Source: Fistulifera solaris
Lineage: Eukaryota
DNA: 64,000 bases
Direction: 5' to 3'
Assembly: GCA_030295235.1 (NCBI GenBank)
Contig: AP026139.1
Coordinates: forward strand, 620,001-684,000
Of the stretch, positions 41,531-53,927 are shown in pieces. The notes under the pieces are model-generated. The model ran no database searches. It was given only the letters and a program-made list of their open reading frames with translations, and had not been told where the DNA came from. Every line of letters begins with the position of its first letter. The first letter of the stretch is position 1. The position numbers and the translations under genes were made by a program.

Positions 41531-42674
41531 ATGACGATTCCTATTTATCCTGATATTGTAATGCAACAAAATCTTTCACCGGATCATTTCGGTTCCGAAA
41601 TTGATGATCTATGTCAACAGATTCGTGATGCGACGAAAGGCTGGTACGTTCGTTTTTTTGGGTTGTCTTGATACTTTGTATTGATAATAGACAAGCATTC
41701 TTCTTTATTTTGACGAAATTTCCGCTTGTTCTATGGTTTTTTCTTCGTTTCTCACACACATGTATTGAAATTGTAACACTCACAGGGGCGCCAACAAACA
41801 AAAAGTAATTGATGCACTCGCGACGCAAGATTCGACGAAACGTTACATGATCTCCTTGCGTTATCCGGAATTATTCAAAACACCGCTCGATGAATTGATG
41901 AAGAAAGAATTCAGTGGCGATTTTGGTCTAGCTCTCAAATTCCTTTCTCTGCCCATGCATCAAGCGGAAGCCGCCATGATTCGGAAAGCCACCAAAGGCA
42001 TCGGAGCCAATGTCAACATTGTCTGGAGTATCATGGTCGGACGAACCAACGCCGAAATCGAACTGCTCAAAAGACATACTACAAAAAGTACGACAAGGAT
42101 TTGGGAAAATTGCTGGCTTCCGAATTGCACGGCGACATGGAACGTTTGATCTTCAATTGTCTGCAGGCTGCGGAAGAAGAATACGATCCCAAATATCACA
42201 ATATCGATAAAGCGAAGGAAGATGCCGACATTATTCACAAAAAGGACAGGGAAAATTCTTTGGGACCGACGAAAAGACTATTTTCAAAGTATTGTGTGCC
42301 GCGCCGCCTCAACACATTGAAAACATTTCCAAAGAATACGCCGACAAGTACGGATACACATTGATGAAAGCCATGGAAAAGAACTGGGCGGAGAAGTACG
42401 CAGCGCGTGTCTGCATATGCTCGGAATGAAGCTAAAGCCGTTCGAGACTATGGCCAAACTCATCAAAGAAGCCTGTGCCGGATTTGGTACCGACGAACTG
42501 TTGTTGGCGTGTACGATCATTCGTTGTCAAGCCATTTTGGGACAAGTCCAATCCGCGCACATTGAGTTGTACGGCAAGACCATTCACGATCGTGTGCGCA
42601 AAGAAGTGGGTGGCAAATTCAAGACATTGCTATTGCAAGTTTTGAACGCCTCTTGGCCGGAAGAGGGTGCTTAA
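41531..42674 (+). CDS. Annexin
   Basis: Four repeats (ATKGW|GAN, ATKGIGAN, FGTDE, CAGFGTDE) with KKEFSGDFG, SELHGDME and KEVGGKFK. Intron ~41644-41785 and several indels. Confidence 0.9.
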
Positions 42675-42779
42675 TGAGATGCGGATGGTTGTGATACTGG
42701 TGATGCTGTCGGAATTCTCGTTGTATTCGTAACAAATATTGAAAAAATCGCTCTTTAAAGAAACATGGTTCTGCTTTTC

Positions 42780-43529
42780 TTATTGTGAAAAGTAAAGGTG
42801 TATATTGTACATGGCGAGAATGCAAACGGTAGACACCAATCCGTACCGTTTGATTCCAATCGGTGTTGCCTCCATGGGATCCTTTGTTGAAATAGGAAAA
42901 ACTTCACCCTCTCGCTTGTGCATATTCGTTCGACCAAAGAATCTACCTTTTCTGGATGGTATATTTCGTTTCTTTTCCGAAGATTCAGTACATCGCCTCA
43001 ATGATTGTAAAGAGTGGGATAAAAGCGAAGGAACCCAAGAGGAATGAATCGACATTTTCGAGGGCATCCACGTCGAACGAGTCTGATCTACCACCAAAGA
43101 GACACGTGTCGACGTGTCGAACGACTGCACACTCCAGACTCCGATCCATTCATCGTTGTTGTCTTTCGTTTGCAACGACAGTGTTTGTTGTTGGGGATCG
43201 TACGTATATTGCACCAGTCCCCGCCACGTACGAAACCACCACGAATGTAACGTCATGGGCACATCATAAACTTGGACAGCTTTCTTGCGGTGAGTACTGG
43301 AGGATCGATCCAACAAACAATCCCACACGATCGAGGAAGGAAGGGGAATGTCCTGCACGACGACACCCCGTACCGTATGGTCCAAGGCACGGTAGCTTTG
43401 ATAAAATCCTGTTCGAGATAATTGTTGCAAGACTTCCTGATCGAGTAGTTCGAAAGGTTGCAACATTGACGATTCGAAGGAGTGCGTTTGAGACAAGAGA
43501 ATAAGGAGAAGGAGAAAAAGATGTTTCAT
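42780..43529 (-). CDS. Signal-peptide protein with a possible divergent START/SRPBCC-like domain and a C-terminal hydrophobic segment
   Basis: MKHLFLLLLILLSQTHSF signal; RGVVVQDIPLPSSIVWDCLLD and IGVWSV..TRVSLVVD resemble polyketide-cyclase/SRPBCC elements. Confidence 0.45.
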   Translation of the reverse strand: MKHLFLLLLILLSQTHSFESSMLQPFELLDQEVLQQLSRTGFYQSYRALDHTVRGVVVQDIPLPSSIVWDCLLDRSSSTHRKKAVQVYDVPMTLHSWWFRTWRGLVQYTYDPQQQTLSLQTKDNNDEWIGVWSVQSFDTSTRVSLVVDQTRSTWMPSKMSIHSSWVPSLLSHSLQSLRRCTESSEKKRNIPSRKGRFFGRTNMHKREGEVFPISTKDPMEATPIGIKRYGLVSTVCILAMYNIHLYFSQ

Positions 43530-44419
43530 GGTTGATATTATTTGTTGTAATGAATGTTTGACAGGGAACGCAAACGCAATGCAAAAAAAAGGCGGGATGG
43601 GTGTTGGGTTGCGTTGATCCATGCTTCGTGATTTATTCAAAAACAATTCAGTCACGAACGAATCATCATCGATACATCAAAAAATCGCAATATCAATAAT
43701 CTTGCGCATCGTTTTCAGCTTTTACTTCATTGGACAAAAGTGTTGACCTGGCAATTTGGTTCGGTGGATATTCGTCCACTGGATCGGTTTGTGATTCGCT
43801 AACTTGTCTTTAAATCGTTTTGGTTCTCTTGTAGGGATAAGACGTAAGTTCAATAAATCCTAGCCATTTGTTGGTTCTCCGTAGCCCTGACCCCCCTGAC
43901 TACATTTTCGTCATGAGTCAGAGTTTCGTCGAGCTCGACTACTGGTATTGGTCAATCACATTATTTGTTTTAATATTAACATGATGTGTTGATCTTCAGC
44001 ATCGTTGGATTTGATCTGCATGTGGAGAATCCTTGCGTGTCTTTCGTACAAAGTATCTAGTATAGGCTCGACGTGTAAGCGACCTTTTTCGTCACAACTG
44101 CAATTCAGTCATGAAGTACACTTTTGTTGGCTGTAGAATTCGTCACCTCGTTTTCCGCCTCCAAAACGCGACGCGGCGAAAGACGATATATATTTATTAA
44201 GCCGCGAGCCCATTTTTCTTCTTGTCATTCCTGGCATCATCCCATGTATGTTTGTATGTATTCATTCCTTTTCATTACCATTAACTTGACAAGACTGCAC
44301 TCGCTTTTTTCATTCGTTCAATATCCCTCTGATTGATTCAATTCTTTGTTGCGAGATCGATCCTGCGACGCACCTTCATTTCTTTCTTCACAACTCGGAA
44401 AGCATTTCCCACCACACAA

Positions 44420-46026
44420 ATGCGCGTTGCTATTGTTGGAGCTGGAGCCTCCGGCTTGCAATGCGCACATTCTCTCTTGTCGTCCAAAGCGATTACGCCT
44501 GAACAATTGACTATTTTAGAAGCCCGTGATCGGATTGGTGGACGAGTACACACGCATGAGGGATACGATTTGGGGGCGGCGTGGGTGCACGGGACGGGAG
44601 CCGATTGGGGACGCCGCAACAACAACAATAAGAAGAACGACTACTATCACAACAATCCCATGATGAAATTGTTACAGAAAACAACACCGGTCGGTGCTCT
44701 CGCCGATCAGCATCATTTGCGTTGTGTCTGTAACGGCAATCCCTGGATGCGTCCGCAATCGGTTTTGCATCAAGCCTCGCAGATTCAATTGTATCAGAAT
44801 GGCGATCCCATCGATCCTGCTGATCCAGTCATACCGGCCTCGTTGCGTGAACACTATACTCGCTTGGAAAAAGTCACCAAGTACGGGAATCAATTGTATG
44901 CCCAGGGACGTGGCTTGGAGACAGCGCATGTGTCCTTGCAAGAGGCGCTGCAGCAAGAGGGCGGTCCCGTGCAGCACTCCTTGACACTCTTTTATCAGCA
45001 TTTGCTAGAATGCTGGTACGGCGCAGCAGCATCGGAATTGCAGTTGTGTGAGTTTATTGACGAGCTGAACGACGAAGAAGAACACAGCAATGACGTTGAT
45101 GACGATCATCAATGGGATACGACTTACAGTCCCGAAGGAGACTTTTACGGACCGCACTGCACACTCCAGCGCGGTATGATCAGTGTACTGGAGCCACTGT
45201 TGTGTGATGGTGTACAAGAACGCGTGCATTTGGGAGAACCAGTCATACGCATGTCTCACACGGAGAATGACACGATTTTGCTGGAAACGCAACGGGGAAG
45301 TCTGTTCGAAGCCGATTGCTGTGTCTTGACCATGCCAGCAGGATGCCTCCGCGACGCCCTGCGACAGGGCAACTTTTTATGACCCCCTTGTCTTCAGAGA
45401 AACAAGAAGCTATTGAATTCTTGCAAATGGGAACCTACAAGAAAGTCATGATGACGTTTGATCACATCTTTTGGCCGACGGAACCCGCTTTCCTCGGTAT
45501 GGTGCGTTCCCTCGAGGCGTCTGAGAGCAGCAAAAATTTGGGACCATCGTTGCTGTTGGACAATTTGTGGGCTAGCCAAGGCAAGCCTTGCATTGAAGCG
45601 GTTCTTTTCGGTCACGACGGAACATGGGCCACCGGAAAACCCGATGAAGTGATTCGTGATGCTGTGCTTGACTTTATGGAAGAAGCCATGGGAAAATCCG
45701 ATCTGCGTCCTCATTGTATCGACTGTCATATCACGCGGTGGGAAGAAGATCCTTACAGTCGAGGTGCCTACTCGTCGATGAAACTGGGTTGCTTGTTGCG
45801 TCACGCCGAAGACTTGCGACAACCGGAATGGAACGGGCGATTGATTTTCAGTGGAGAAGCGACCATAACCGAGTTTGAAGGCAGCGTCCACGCTGCATTG
45901 TTCAGCGGTATGAATGCCAAGGACAACGTACTCCGGCTTCTGGAACGAGAAGAGGGAGCCGCATCTGCCAAGGTCGCCGACCAGCCGTCGAACTCCTCTG
46001 ACCCTAAAATTTTGTCGATTGCTTGA
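44420..46026 (+). CDS. Flavin-containing amine oxidase (polyamine oxidase/LSD1-like catalytic domain)
   Basis: RVAIVGAGASGL, LEARDRIGGRVHT, DLGAAWVHG, TRWEEDPYSRGAYS, FSGEAT..GSVHAALFSG. Indel ~45375. Confidence 0.92.
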
Positions 46027-46505
46027 ACTATGGACATGTACTCTCCCATGAACTCAACTTGACGTTGGGACAATGAGAGGAATCTGTATACATATTGTCG
46101 CAGATATAATAAAGATAGAGAAGACCCTTAGTTTTTTTTGCTCCATTGGTCCTAGACTCTCGTGCAAAGTCGAAGGGGTACTTTTTGTGAACGAAAATGG
46201 AACGCAGTCCTGGAAGATTGCGGCGTTATTCATCAGTTCGCCGCGCTTATTTTGTGAAGAATAATTTCGAACAAAGAATCATTCATTTGCATCATGTAAA
46301 TCAGCTTGTTGCACCGAAAGAGCAAGAGCCAACCAAGAACTCTCTTTCATTCGATCCTTAAGAAACCTCATAGAACGAACGTAGCCTTATCTTGCGGCTT
46401 TTAGCATCAACAACACTCAACATTTTGTTCCTTCGAAATCTTTCCGCATTCGGCGTTGCTGCAGAGTTTATCTCTCCTAAAAGGCGATCCTTTCTGACAT
46501 CAACC

Positions 46506-47355
46506 ATGACTACCGGTACTCCATCTACGACGTTCTCCAACATTCGCGTCGTTCCGAATGAGAAATTGTACGTGAGTGAACCACCTCCTTACATGTTTGG
46601 GAATCCAGGCAACCCAGGTTTCAACCCCACGTGGACGAACGATAATTGGTTGAAGTCTCGCTTTCATTTTTCGTTCGCCGAATATCACAATCCACGCAAC
46701 ACGAACTTTGGAGTCCTTCGTGTCATGAACGATGACTTGGTGCAACCGCAACGCATGTTTGGGACTCATCCGCATCGTGATATGGAAATCATCACCTACA
46801 TTGTCGATGGAGAATTGACGCATGAAGATAGTATGGGAACGAAAGAAAGTTTGGGACGTGGGAGCATTCAATTCATGACGGCCGGAACGGGAGTGATGCA
46901 TTCGGAAGCGAATGATGGTGAGAAGCCGTTGCGCTTTATACAAACTTGGATTGTTCCTTCGGAAGAGGATTGACTCCGAATTACGGATCGTTTCGTGGTG
47001 ATCCGGATCTTCGTCGGAACCAGTTACATCACTTGGTTTCGAATGTTAAAGATACATCGGTCACGACGCCAGTGCAAATCAATCAAGATTTAGATGGCTT
47101 TGCGTCAGAGTTAGAACAGGGCGAGAAACTCACGTACGATTTGGCTCCGGGTCGTCAAGCTTACATGCTTTGCATTGAAGGTGGAGTTACCGTGAACGGC
47201 AAAAGCTGCGCAAATACGATGCCTGCGAGATTACGGGTAGTGGGTCGGTAGATATAGAAGCCGCCGAAACGGAGGAAACGGAGCATGGACCTTTGGCGCA
47301 CATTCTCTTGTTTGTCATGGCGGCCGTTCCTGGATCTGGGCGTTCCGATTTGTAA
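46506..47355 (+). CDS. Pirin-family bicupin (YhhW/quercetinase-like)
   Basis: WLKSRFHFSFAEY, FGVLRVMNDD, FGTHPHRDMEIITY, MTAGTGVMHSE, FIQTWI. Indels ~46965 and ~47205. Confidence 0.92.
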
Positions 47356-47448
47356 TATATGTATGCATATTTAATTATCATTTGGCATTTTGAACTTGTT
47401 AGTTTTGTATTCGTTTATGCCATCACTTTATACTCATCATCTATACAT

Positions 47449-48574
47449 CTATACTTTATGATCAATGAGTAGTTGTTGAAATAGATCAGCAACCACATCC
47501 AATGGCCCAGGTATGCACATGTGTAGACAATCTTCAAAGGGATTAGTGTGAGCATCCGGGCGATTGTACAGCATTCGTAAATCGAAAATCGGCATAGAGC
47601 GTTCACGCAAATACTGCATGGCAAACATGTCCCGATCATAGAATTCTCGATAATTGTAGTTCCAAGTTAAGTTGCGTTTGATCATTTCCTGAGCTGCTTC
47701 ATCAGGCGACATGTCCAGTAAGGGCTCGTCTGAACAACCTCCGGGTTGTTGCGTCTTGTAAATGAATTGCAAATGGGGATACCGTTCCAACAGGAGAGGA
47801 ACGACGGTTTGCAAAGTTTCTGGAAAGTTGCCGTACACGTGCGGCCCCACGCCCTAAAGGACAATTTCCGTAGCATCTTGATATCGATCTAAAATGGTGG
47901 TTATATTGTATCCGCGTTCTTTTTCCGAGGCAATAGAAAATCAGATTGAACAAATCGAAATTGGGCGACACAGGACGTATGAAACAAGGAATTCATGAGA
48001 GTCGAGGCCAGTTGTTGGCCTGTTGAATCTCCAACAATCAATACACGACGTTTTCCCAGTAATTCACAAGTATAGGTAGCATTGAAGGGCTGTACTAGGG
48101 ATGGTGACATCCACGTATAGTCGTCGGTAAAGTTTCGTCGATCGTGACAAATGCAACCGTGTCCTCCGCTTTGGGCGAGAAAACTCGTGTTTCCTGTATA
48201 ATGCTGCGCCGCATTCTGTTCGAGATCCGTGGCACTTTGTGGCCAATTTTCGGTTCCGCATAAGTCGAAGAGTAATTCATCGTTTCGATCCGATTTGTCC
48301 CAAGGACAGCAAATTGGATTGTGAAATGTCTTTTCGGTGTCCGTACCCAGACTCCTTCTAGAGGAGTATTGCAATATTGTTGCGTCGAGTCGCACACAAG
48401 TGTAGCATTTGTCGAAATCTGTAAGGGAGACCGTTCGTGATCGTTTTCATCGAATATGATTATTTCTTCTTCGACGTGGGGCGCCTTGAAGCGCAAAATA
48501 AGATAATTCAACGATACTCCGAACACGACTGCCACTAATGCGGCGTGTCGAAAGGTCAAGTTCATGTGGAGCAA
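47449..48574 (-). CDS. TBL / PC-esterase family polysaccharide O-acetyltransferase-like protein
   Basis: N-terminal TM anchor, GKRRVLIVGDSTGQQL (GDS) and RPDAH..DCLHMCIPGPLD (DxxH). Three ORFs joined by indels. Confidence 0.82.
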
Positions 48575-49323
48575 TCAAATGAATGATTTGCTATTGTTAT
48601 TATATCGCTTCGCCCAAAATATTAATGAACATCAGATGAATGAGCGGGTCATAATTATTCTTTCCCTCACATGGTTGCCATAAAGTGGAAGGGCGGAGGG
48701 AGAAACTGCACTTAAGACCCTATATTCGTACGGGTACTGGAAAAGAGTGCCGTTCACGACTAAAACAGTAGGCTTAATTGTTGTATTTAAAAATCATACG
48801 TCTATCTTTACAATGCCGCACGGCCTGTCTTGGTCTATGTGTTCGAAAAGTTTAGTTGCGTTTATTTAGACGATTTTGACACCGCTTGTTCTTTCTTCCC
48901 GTGATTTGCTATGAAAATTGGGTCGCTGATTGTCCGTTCAAATGACCCAACGCCACTGAAAACAAAGAGACATGTGGTTTCGAGCGTTCGACGCCGAACG
49001 AAAGGCCACGAATGCCGCGGCACCCGTCCTCACGTTGAATTGCTACGGACCGGCACTGGATGGCTTTGAAATTCGCCTCGTGCTTTTGTTTTCAAATCAA
49101 GATCATTGAATTGGATCAACAAAACAAAGTCATATTTCCAACATCCTTGTTTCCTCCTCAAGAGCAATCACTACTTTCTTCTCACCATCAAAAGTTGGCA
49201 TCTCTGGAGTTTGAACACAGGATAAGTTGAAACGTCTCATAAATATCCACACAGTCGTGCCCGCTTGTACGATTTGATTTTATACCAACCTTGTTGACCA
49301 AACTAACATTGAGGGAACAAAAA

Positions 49324-50300
49324 ATGGCGAGAGGAAAAGCCAACACTGATGAAGAGCCTGTTTCTACAGATGAAACACCCAAGATAGACAGCACAGAAGA
49401 GGTAAAGCGAAAGGCCGACGACGAGGACGAGGACGCTCCCGATGCGAAGAAAACAAAGACGGAGGAATCGAACGAAGAAACGGAGACGCCTGGTTTGGAT
49501 CTCAACCCCACCACTGAGCCAGAGCCTATTGCAGCCAGCACCGAAGGCACTACAATTTTCAATGATGCAGATGTGCTGAGCGGAAGAGGCGGCGGCACCA
49601 ATGTTCATCCGGGCAATCGAACATTCCGTGACTTGATCAACCTTCACCGTCGCGCCTATTTGAAAGCACGCAAGAACGATAAGCCGGCGATCTCGCGTGC
49701 TATTGTACGCTCCATTCGCGAAACGAACGGGCGTTTCCTCAAGAAAGACGAAAAGTCCGGTCTTTGGTACGAGATTGGCGATGACGCCGCCCGTGAAAAG
49801 ACGAGTCAAGCCTTGCGCCAGCGTGCTCCGGAAATGAGAAAGCTGCTTTTTGATACGGAACGAGAGGAAGCCCGAGCGGCTGCGGAAGAGCACATGCGAC
49901 ATCGCATGATGATGATGCCGCCGGGTATGACTCCGGAGATGATGGCGAACATGCCCCAAATGCCCATGGGTCCAAATGGTATGCCTATGATGCCCAACCC
50001 GTTCTTTGCACAAATGCAAGGCAAGCAAGGAAACGGAAAGAATGAAGGTGGCGAAAATGGTCAGCATCCCCCCATGCCTCCGTTCCCCATGTTCCCTTTT
50101 ATGCCATTCCCTCCACCGCCGGGTTTTGCTATTCCTGGTGGTAAGATTTCTCGTTTGAGCACAAAATTGTTGTTTGTCGTTGAAGCATCATTCTCACATT
50201 TCGTTGTTTCTGAAAAATGTATTTAGCCCCACAACCTCCTACACAGGACGAAGAAAAGTCGGAGGAGAAGGAAGAAGTCAAAGAAGAATCTGAGGTTTAG
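49324..50300 (+). CDS. DUF6824-domain protein with Met/Pro-rich low-complexity tail
   Basis: DVLSGRGGGTNVHPGNRTFRDLI..KPAISRAIV..GRFLKK..WYEIGDDAAREKTSQALR. Intron ~50141-50226. Confidence 0.85.
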
Positions 50301-51085
50301 GCTTCCATCTGAAAGCCACGTGAGGTAGCATGTATCTTCCTGTGATCAATTGATGAAAGTACTTTAGTGTGTCGTCAAAGTCGAATCGACAAATATATAG
50401 CTCTAGGAAACAGTTTATACGTGATGGCGTAACATCTTTTGTTAGTCAGCTCTTGTTCTAGCTGTGCTTCACCTATGATATTCGCGTTACAGAGCTTGTG
50501 TGTATTTAGCGATGAATAACCAAAAAAAGTCTTTGGCTCAAAGGTGAAACTGAGAGAATTGCTCCGGAGTAGACTAAAGCTAGAGATATGTAGATTGGGA
50601 ACTGGGAAGGTCTCCCGAAGAAATAATGAATCATCTATCATCCCGACTCAGAGCCAGAGTGGTTTACTTGGTTGAGCTGTTGCGTTGAGATCTGACGTCA
50701 CAGCATACAGGGTTGTAGGACTCAATTTTTTAAATTTTGAATCCGTATAGAATACAGCCCCCTACAATAAATTAGGCATTCGCCACCTCAAGTATGTGTT
50801 TATGGATGGAGCTTGAATAGTACCTTCAAATCACCAGGCGCGCATAACCGTTATTAAGGAGCTAATTGAAAAATGTCACGCATTAGATTTATGCACAATT
50901 TCTCATTGTGAAACATGGATAGATAGCAGATGGCGATGCAAGAAAAGCCGCTAAACATCGTCTCCATTTTCCATCTTGTGGGGAGAAAACAATATCCAGG
51001 TGCAGCCTGCCGTTCATCGAAAAGAAACAAGAATGCAGACAAAATAACAGGCGCTTTACCCAATCGGCCTGAATATCAATTTACC

Positions 51086-53505
51086 ATGATGTCGGAATCA
51101 GAACCCGATTACCAAGCCGTAAGTTCCTCTTTTGAATAATAACAGACACCCCGATTCGGTTGCTCACAAGCGCTCTTGTCATGGCAACACAGTCTGATTT
51201 TTGCTTCGCATTCATTCATTCCTTTCTATCGTGCGGAAAGAGTATTCAACTGATTTTGCGGACCTGTTCAAGGACGAAACCGCTAGTGAATCATATCGTG
51301 ACGGCCTCGTTTATCTCTCTTGCCTTTTAGGATGTATAATCTTTGTTTGGACGGTTGTATTGATAACTTTAAAATGCAAGGGGCATGCTGTTGGATGTGC
51401 ATCGGGAGCTTTTGGACCTAAATACGAAATGAAGAAAGAAGATCTCCCCGTTGGGAATACGGATTCGCACAACTCAAACACCAGTTTCGATCACGATTCG
51501 ATTTATGAGATAGCTTTCCGGCGATCACACATACCGTCAGGCGCTGCTGACACGACTTGCGACAGAAATACGGAGGAATCCGTTGGAAAAGGCAGTTTGG
51601 ATACATCGATTCTTCTTCAACCTTCGAGGCGCGAACGAAGGACGCAAGTTGTGTTTTTGATATTTGCTTTGTTGACAATACTTTGCGTTCCGTTGGCCCA
51701 CGTCTTCTTTTTTCTTACCTCTTAAGCAATCTTCAAGTGAAACAACGGTGTATGTCGTTGAAGCTCGCGAAATTGTTGCAGAAGTTCAGCAATCGATCAA
51801 TGCTATATCAACAGGCATGGTCAACTCCTTGGGTATGTTAGAAGATCTTCCTCGATCTGAAAATGATATCTGCCCCGCAAATGATCCAGCCGCAATCGAA
51901 CAATTACTCGGTTTTAATTTGGCGGTAATGATCGACGTCTACGAGGACGGCTCTCTATACCTTGGTGTCAAAGAGAAAATTGGCAATACTACCAAAGACG
52001 TTGGTACCTTCGTGGAATACATGCATGACGCCTTGATTCTCACCGAAACTACTGCTCATACGTTGGACGTTTATTTGTGGCTCATTCCCGGAGCCCTACT
52101 AAGCACAATCGGTGCGACTGTGGCCGTTACTATTGGCGCGGTATTTTCATGGAGGCGTAAATCGAGTCAGAGAATGCAGAATTTTCTGTCATACTTAGTG
52201 CTTCCATGCCTACTGATTGCGTCGCTGGTTTGTTGGTCCATCGCCATTGCCTCAGCAATGGGATCAGCTGTTGCAGCGGATGCATGTACGGCCGGAGATT
52301 GGAATGGTTCACCAGCTGCTACAATACAAGATATACTCTCGGCAGAAGGTGTCGACACGTCGAGCTTCTTGTCTCAGTTGGTTCGCACTTACACCATGTC
52401 TTGTACCGGTAGTGATCCGACGGATATACTTGCTACTCATGGCATGAACACAACAGCCCTCACTGAGGAAATATGGCAATATCTCGTTGCCGTTGATTCT
52501 ATTGGACGCGACGAACTGAATGCCATGTGTGGTGGTGGCAATAGCTTCACCACATTTCTTCAAACCTTCCAGGATCTGGTCCAGCAGCTAGAGAATGTGA
52601 GTCGTTCTCTTGAGAGCGCAAGTCTCTCGCTCTCTTGCCCACGTATCAACGCAATCTACGAAGAAGCCGTCAACCAGACATTATGTATGCAATCCGCAGA
52701 TTCTCTCGCGTACGGCTTCATTCTCTTTCTCACTCTGGGCGTAACGACAATGGTTTTGATTTCCCTTCGAGCTTCTTGGGGACAAGTCATTCTCGAAGAC
52801 AAGATTTACGAGGAACACGAAGTTGCTGAAAACATGATTGTTGATGAACACGAAGAATATCTTCTGTACATCAGCCGATACAAACATGAATGGGAGACTT
52901 ATGATCAAGCCAATTGGCGCCCGCAGCTTCCGATTAGTCCGTCCGTGACGTCTTCCGCCACCCAGTCGGCGTCAGACCCAAGCGCCGACAACGAACAAAA
53001 TGTAGTGGGTCAGAAAAGCAAGTGTGTTTTGTCACCCATTAGTGGGTTCAACCCCTACGAAATGGATCAGTGCTCCGTTTCTTCTCTGGGCTCTGGGAAA
53101 ATATCGTTTCTTTCTTTGCAAGAGTCGCCCACGCAAGAAAACCACTTATCTTCACGGGAGTCGCGTAACCCAGACAATGATAGACACTACGATGATGGAC
53201 GGGGCGACGAGGAACGTATTATAAACAGTACGGGCGAATCCATGGAACTACGACTTCCTTCCGCTCGTTACCTGTTTCGTCCGAGACCACGACCGGAACC
53301 GGATTATTACATCGAGTCTACACCTGGAGTGGTGAAGTTCGTTCTCGAAGTAGAAGATACTTCACTGGTGCACGAGCGCGTGGATCAATTGTCAAGATCC
53401 CACCACAATCGTCCCTTGACTCCAACACGATCCAGAGATCAGAAAGTGAAAGAGCTTGCTATGTTATACGAATCGCCAGCAAACGGAGACTTTAATGAAT
53501 GTTGA
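51086..53505 (+). CDS. Multi-pass membrane protein with Tweety/prominin-like 5-TM topology
   Basis: Five hydrophobic spans separated by two long Cys-containing helical loops (ADAC, MSC, LSCPRI..LC) and a long disordered C-tail. First intron from ~51119, indel ~51710. Confidence 0.5.
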
Positions 53506-53927
53506 TGAAATCAAAAACCATCTCATCGCCTCTTGTTTGTATTTATATATTCAATAGATTAAAAAAATATCCTTTTTACTGCAGAATTGGGAGGTGATCG
53601 AAAATCTAAATGGATACGACCCTCGCGTAGCACACCGTTAGCTAAACGAATGAGATGGCGGTCAAAAAAAGACACTGCGCGAAAATTTTGCGAACCAATC
53701 AAATCGTGAGAAAGACACACGGTACGTTGTTGCTCCGCTGCCTGGTTGGTTCTTCGTTTCTTCGCTCTCACGATTTTGCTGCCGCAGTAATGATTAACCG
53801 TTTGTCATAGATGACATTGATTTTTTTGTAAAGTTAGATAGCAAGTCAAGTCGATCGCTCTTATAAAGGATTTGCTCCTATAAATATCCTTTCGAGTGTG
53901 TGTTGGTCGCAAAGGCGGTAACCAACA

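Noticed and set aside
33265..47355. Sarcosine oxidase, amine oxidase and pirin as a metabolic gene cluster
   Set aside because: They are separated by unrelated genes, with mixed orientation and no coherent pathway.
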